Origin: Calditrichaceae bacterium
Lineage (GTDB): Bacteria; Calditrichota; Calditrichia; Calditrichales; JBFXGD01
Length of the DNA stretch: 64,000 nt
Direction of reading: 5' to 3'
NCBI GenBank assembly: GCA_050173015.1
Contig: JBFXLE010000018.1
Coordinates: 1 to 64,000, forward strand
Part shown: piece by piece, positions 61,115 to 64,000 of the stretch
How the letters are laid out: the number at the start of each line of letters is the position of its first letter
How positions within the stretch are numbered: the stretch's first letter is position 1
Notes under the pieces: generated by a model
Told to the model about the DNA's origin: nothing
The model's database searches: none
The model's input: only the letters and a program-made list of their open reading frames with translations
Translations under genes and position numbers: made by a program

Positions 61115-62445
61115 AAATTTCAACAGACAAAAAGCGGTCTAATCAGTATGCCTTTGTTTTCTGGGCCGGTCTCGGGATCGTGCTTTTGTTTAATCTTCTT
61201 GTCTGGATTTATTTAAATCAGGTGGAAGAAAAATTCAGCGATGAACTTAAAGATAAGCTCAATATCGCGGGTCAGCTAATGAACCGGTTGATCGATGAAG
61301 AACAAGTGAGTCTGCTAATCCCCGGTGAGCAGAACACGCTACCGTATCTCTACCATCAGCAGCTTCTTGAGGAAATCCGCAAAACAAGCGCTCTGCAATC
61401 GATCGTACTCGTTTCGCCCCTGGGAGAAATCCTGGTTTCAGCGCCTGAACGCCTGTCTTCTCAGCAGGTATCCGTCATCACCGGAAGCCGGTATTTTAAG
61501 CAGGCCATGAGCGGCAAGAGCGCCGTCTCCGACCTGCAGGAATTCGCCGGTGAAAAATTCATGACGGCATTTATGCCCATAAAAGATATTGACGGATTCC
61601 CGCAGGGTGTTCAGATTATAGAGGCCAAAGCCAATTATTTTGATGTGATCGTCGTACTCAGAAACCGGCTGCTCCTGTTTAGTTTTATCAATCTTACAGT
61701 GATATTGCTGATCGCCATTCTTCTGTTCCGGGTGATCAACCGTTCCATGAAGTACCGGGCGGCAATAAAGGAACGTGAACATCTTGTTCAACTGGGTACC
61801 ATGGCGGCGACGGTCGCGCACGAATTACGCAATCCGCTGGGAATAATCGATGGCACGAATGATATTATCAAAAAGAAGTATGGGGATACCGGCGATGAAA
61901 TTTTTGAATATATCCCTCAGGAGCTGAAAAGACTGGTCACGATTATTGATCATTTTTTAAAATTCGCCCGTACGCCTCAGTTACAGCTCAGCCGTTTCAG
62001 CATCACAAGCCTTTTGCAGAGAATCAGTGTAGGCCTGAATGAAGACGAGCTGAAACGACTGGAAATCACTCCGGTTACGGATGATATGGAAATTTACAGC
62101 GATGAAAATTTGTTGGAACAATCCTTATTAAATGTAATCAACAACGCGCTTCAGGCGGCCGGAGATCACGGAAAAGTGTCCCTGGAATTTAAATCGGGCA
62201 GAAAAAACATGTGCCGTATTGTCATCAGGGATAACGGTCCGGGGATTCAACCTGAAAACATGGATAAAATTTTTGAACCTTTTTATACCACCAGAGAAAA
62301 AGGAACCGGTTTGGGACTGGCCATCACAAAAAGACTGATAGAAAATATAGATGGACACATTTCGGTCAGCAATCTTGAACCGACCGGGTGTGAATTTGTA
62401 GTGGAAATTCCGGATTTGTCGGGCCGGAAAGGATTGAAAAATTGA
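61111..62445 (+). CDS. Membrane sensor histidine kinase (periplasmic Cache-like sensor, NtrB/AtoS-type core)
   Basis: Two TMs; VAHELRNPL, NVINNALQA, DNGPGI, IFEPFYTT, GTGLGLAI. Confidence 0.92.
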   Translation: MKISTDKKRSNQYAFVFWAGLGIVLLFNLLVWIYLNQVEEKFSDELKDKLNIAGQLMNRLIDEEQVSLLIPGEQNTLPYLYHQQLLEEIRKTSALQSIVLVSPLGEILVSAPERLSSQQVSVITGSRYFKQAMSGKSAVSDLQEFAGEKFMTAFMPIKDIDGFPQGVQIIEAKANYFDVIVVLRNRLLLFSFINLTVILLIAILLFRVINRSMKYRAAIKEREHLVQLGTMAATVAHELRNPLGIIDGTNDIIKKKYGDTGDEIFEYIPQELKRLVTIIDHFLKFARTPQLQLSRFSITSLLQRISVGLNEDELKRLEITPVTDDMEIYSDENLLEQSLLNVINNALQAAGDHGKVSLEFKSGRKNMCRIVIRDNGPGIQPENMDKIFEPFYTTREKGTGLGLAITKRLIENIDGHISVSNLEPTGCEFVVEIPDLSGRKGLKN

Positions 62446-64000
62446 TATTCCCTATCTTTCTCCCTCCGGTTTTGTACGCGGAAACCCATTACCGGTTTAA
62501 ATACTTTTTCAGCCTTCTCAAAAAACCGGAACCGGAAATTATCGCGGATGTCCCCCATCGGATACTGTCGGGTGGCCGACTCCCCATTCTTCTAATCATA
62601 AGGGATGCCCACCTTTACCCGGTCATTCTTGAACAAGCCGAAATCTTTATCGACAATATTAAGAAAGAAAGTTTTAAATTTTCAAAGCGGATCGATGCAC
62701 CCTATTTTGAGTCCCTGCTCAAACTCGATGTCACGGACATAAAGCCGGGGCAGCATTCCATTGTCGTTAAAATTGAATATAAGATTAAAGGGAAAACAAA
62801 AATCTGCGTTAATGACAATCACCGCGGCACGACTCACGAACCATTCCCCTGCTATTTTTCAGCAGAAGCGCTGCCCAACTTTGATGGTTTCGCGCTTGGC
62901 GAACCTCACGCGCATACAAACTTCACCTCCGATCAGATCGAGTTCGGGGCATCGGTCCAAAACACGGCGGAAATGGCAAAAATTCTCGGGCTGCAATACT
63001 TCGCGGCGACTGATCATTCATACGATCTTGACGATATGCCCGATAATTATTTCATCAATGATCCCGAGCTTCGTAAATGGCATGATTTTAACCATCAGGT
63101 TTCCCTGTATAATGACCAACAAGATGATTTTTGCGTCATCCCGGGTGAAGAAGTCAGCGTCCGGAACACGGATCAAAAGAATGTGCATCTTCTGGTTTAC
63201 AATTCCGATACATTTTATCACGGAACGGGTGACAGCGGCGACCGCTGGCTAAATTACCGGTCCGAACACGACCTGAGTTCCATTTTGAATGACCTTAACG
63301 GACAGACGGCGGCATTCGCGGCCCATCCAAAGGATCCCACACCGTTTTTGCAGAGTCTGCTTTTAAACCGCGGCGGATGGAATCATGCCGATGCCGTCCA
63401 CAATAATCTGACCGGCGTTCAGATTATCAACGGGAGAACGGAAGAGATTACCAGGTCCGCTCTGACCTACTGGAAAGAACTGCTGCTTTCCGGTGTTAAA
63501 GTCTTCGCGCTGGCGGGAGACGACGCCCACGGTAATTTTGGCAGGTACCGGCAGATCGGTTTTCCGTTTGTCTCCATGCGTGAACACTATAGGCAGCTTT
63601 TCGGCGCCTGGCGTACCGGAATATTTCTCGGGAAAGAATCATTGAATGTGAGTAATCTCATCACCGGTTTACGCAGCGGAAACTACTTTATGACCAACGG
63701 CCCGGCGATCCGGATCCAAATACGAGACGACAATAAGACCTATGAAATGGGTATGACCGCGGCAAGCGGATCGGAAGCGGTTATTCAGGTTAAATCAGGA
63801 AGCGAGTATGGCGCGATCAGCCGGATCATGCTGTATCGCGGGATTATCGGCGATCAGGATGAAACACTATTGCTGGATCAGAACATAACCGAATCAATAT
63901 TTTCAGTATCAAAAAAGGTTTTATTACCCGATGATCAAAAATCGTATTATATCCGCGGCGAAACTGTCACAAAAAATACGCGCGGCGTATTTTACGGATA
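62442..64000 (+). CDS. PHP-fold metallohydrolase (CehA/McbA-like), truncated by the window end; not in the ORF track
   Basis: TTG start overlaps the kinase TGA; frame gives EPHAHT, AATDHSYD, IPGEEVS, VHLLVY, AAHP, AGDDAHG; apparently no stop before 64000. Confidence 0.85.
   Translation, partial: MIFPIFLPPVLYAETHYRFKYFFSLLKKPEPEIIADVPHRILSGGRLPILLIIRDAHLYPVILEQAEIFIDNIKKESFKFSKRIDAPYFESLLKLDVTDIKPGQHSIVVKIEYKIKGKTKICVNDNHRGTTHEPFPCYFSAEALPNFDGFALGEPHAHTNFTSDQIEFGASVQNTAEMAKILGLQYFAATDHSYDLDDMPDNYFINDPELRKWHDFNHQVSLYNDQQDDFCVIPGEEVSVRNTDQKNVHLLVYNSDTFYHGTGDSGDRWLNYRSEHDLSSILNDLNGQTAAFAAHPKDPTPFLQSLLLNRGGWNHADAVHNNLTGVQIINGRTEEITRSALTYWKELLLSGVKVFALAGDDAHGNFGRYRQIGFPFVSMREHYRQLFGAWRTGIFLGKESLNVSNLITGLRSGNYFMTNGPAIRIQIRDDNKTYEMGMTAASGSEAVIQVKSGSEYGAISRIMLYRGIIGDQDETLLLDQNITESIFSVSKKVLLPDDQKSYYIRGETVTKNTRGVFYG

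Noticed and set aside
62761-63252. 163-aa plus-strand ORF in the track
   Set aside because: Alternative frame inside the PHP hydrolase gene starting at 62442, whose frame carries the metal-binding motifs
1-64000. CRISPR arrays, tRNA/rRNA genes, transposases, prophage or defence genes
   Set aside because: No spaced direct repeats, cloverleaf/T-loop signatures or matching protein motifs seen; intergenic gaps are all under about 410 bp

Overview
Gene-dense bacterial chromosomal window, mostly on the minus strand, with no rRNA, tRNA, CRISPR array or transposase visible. Gene content suggests a diderm of the FCB/Calditrichota type; this is inference from gene style, not a database result. In order it contains: the end of a nuo operon (nuoM, nuoN); a futalosine menaquinone cluster (mqnE, mqnA, mqnC, deaminase, UbiA-like, ubiX, menG); sugar-nucleotide and glycerate genes; mlaE-mlaF behind a peptidase/beta-propeller/Omp85 fusion; a triple-VanZ membrane protein; a probably degenerate glycogen-debranching homologue; a ruvX-aroF-tyrA-gfo-lnt-epimerase run; HU, mutS, a hybrid kinase, coaX and birA; biotin carboxylase/BCCP with heterodimeric methylmalonyl-CoA mutase and meaB; a four-gene lipoprotein/L,D-transpeptidase operon; a tatA locus with two upstream orphan ORFs; dnaK, degP and a Zn peptidase; and a NYN nuclease-kinase-PHP hydrolase operon that runs off the window end. 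The best candidate for an undescribed system is 49839-53459. It has a sigma54-like promoter, a helical lipoprotein followed by a terminator, a YafK/DpaA-like YkuD enzyme whose stalk is a paralogue of that lipoprotein, a YbiS-like transpeptidase, and a catalytically dead YkuD-fold protein. This could be a non-Lpp system for attaching and detaching an envelope tether. A second candidate is a possible secretion-monitor leader upstream of an unlisted 53-aa membrane protein and tatA.
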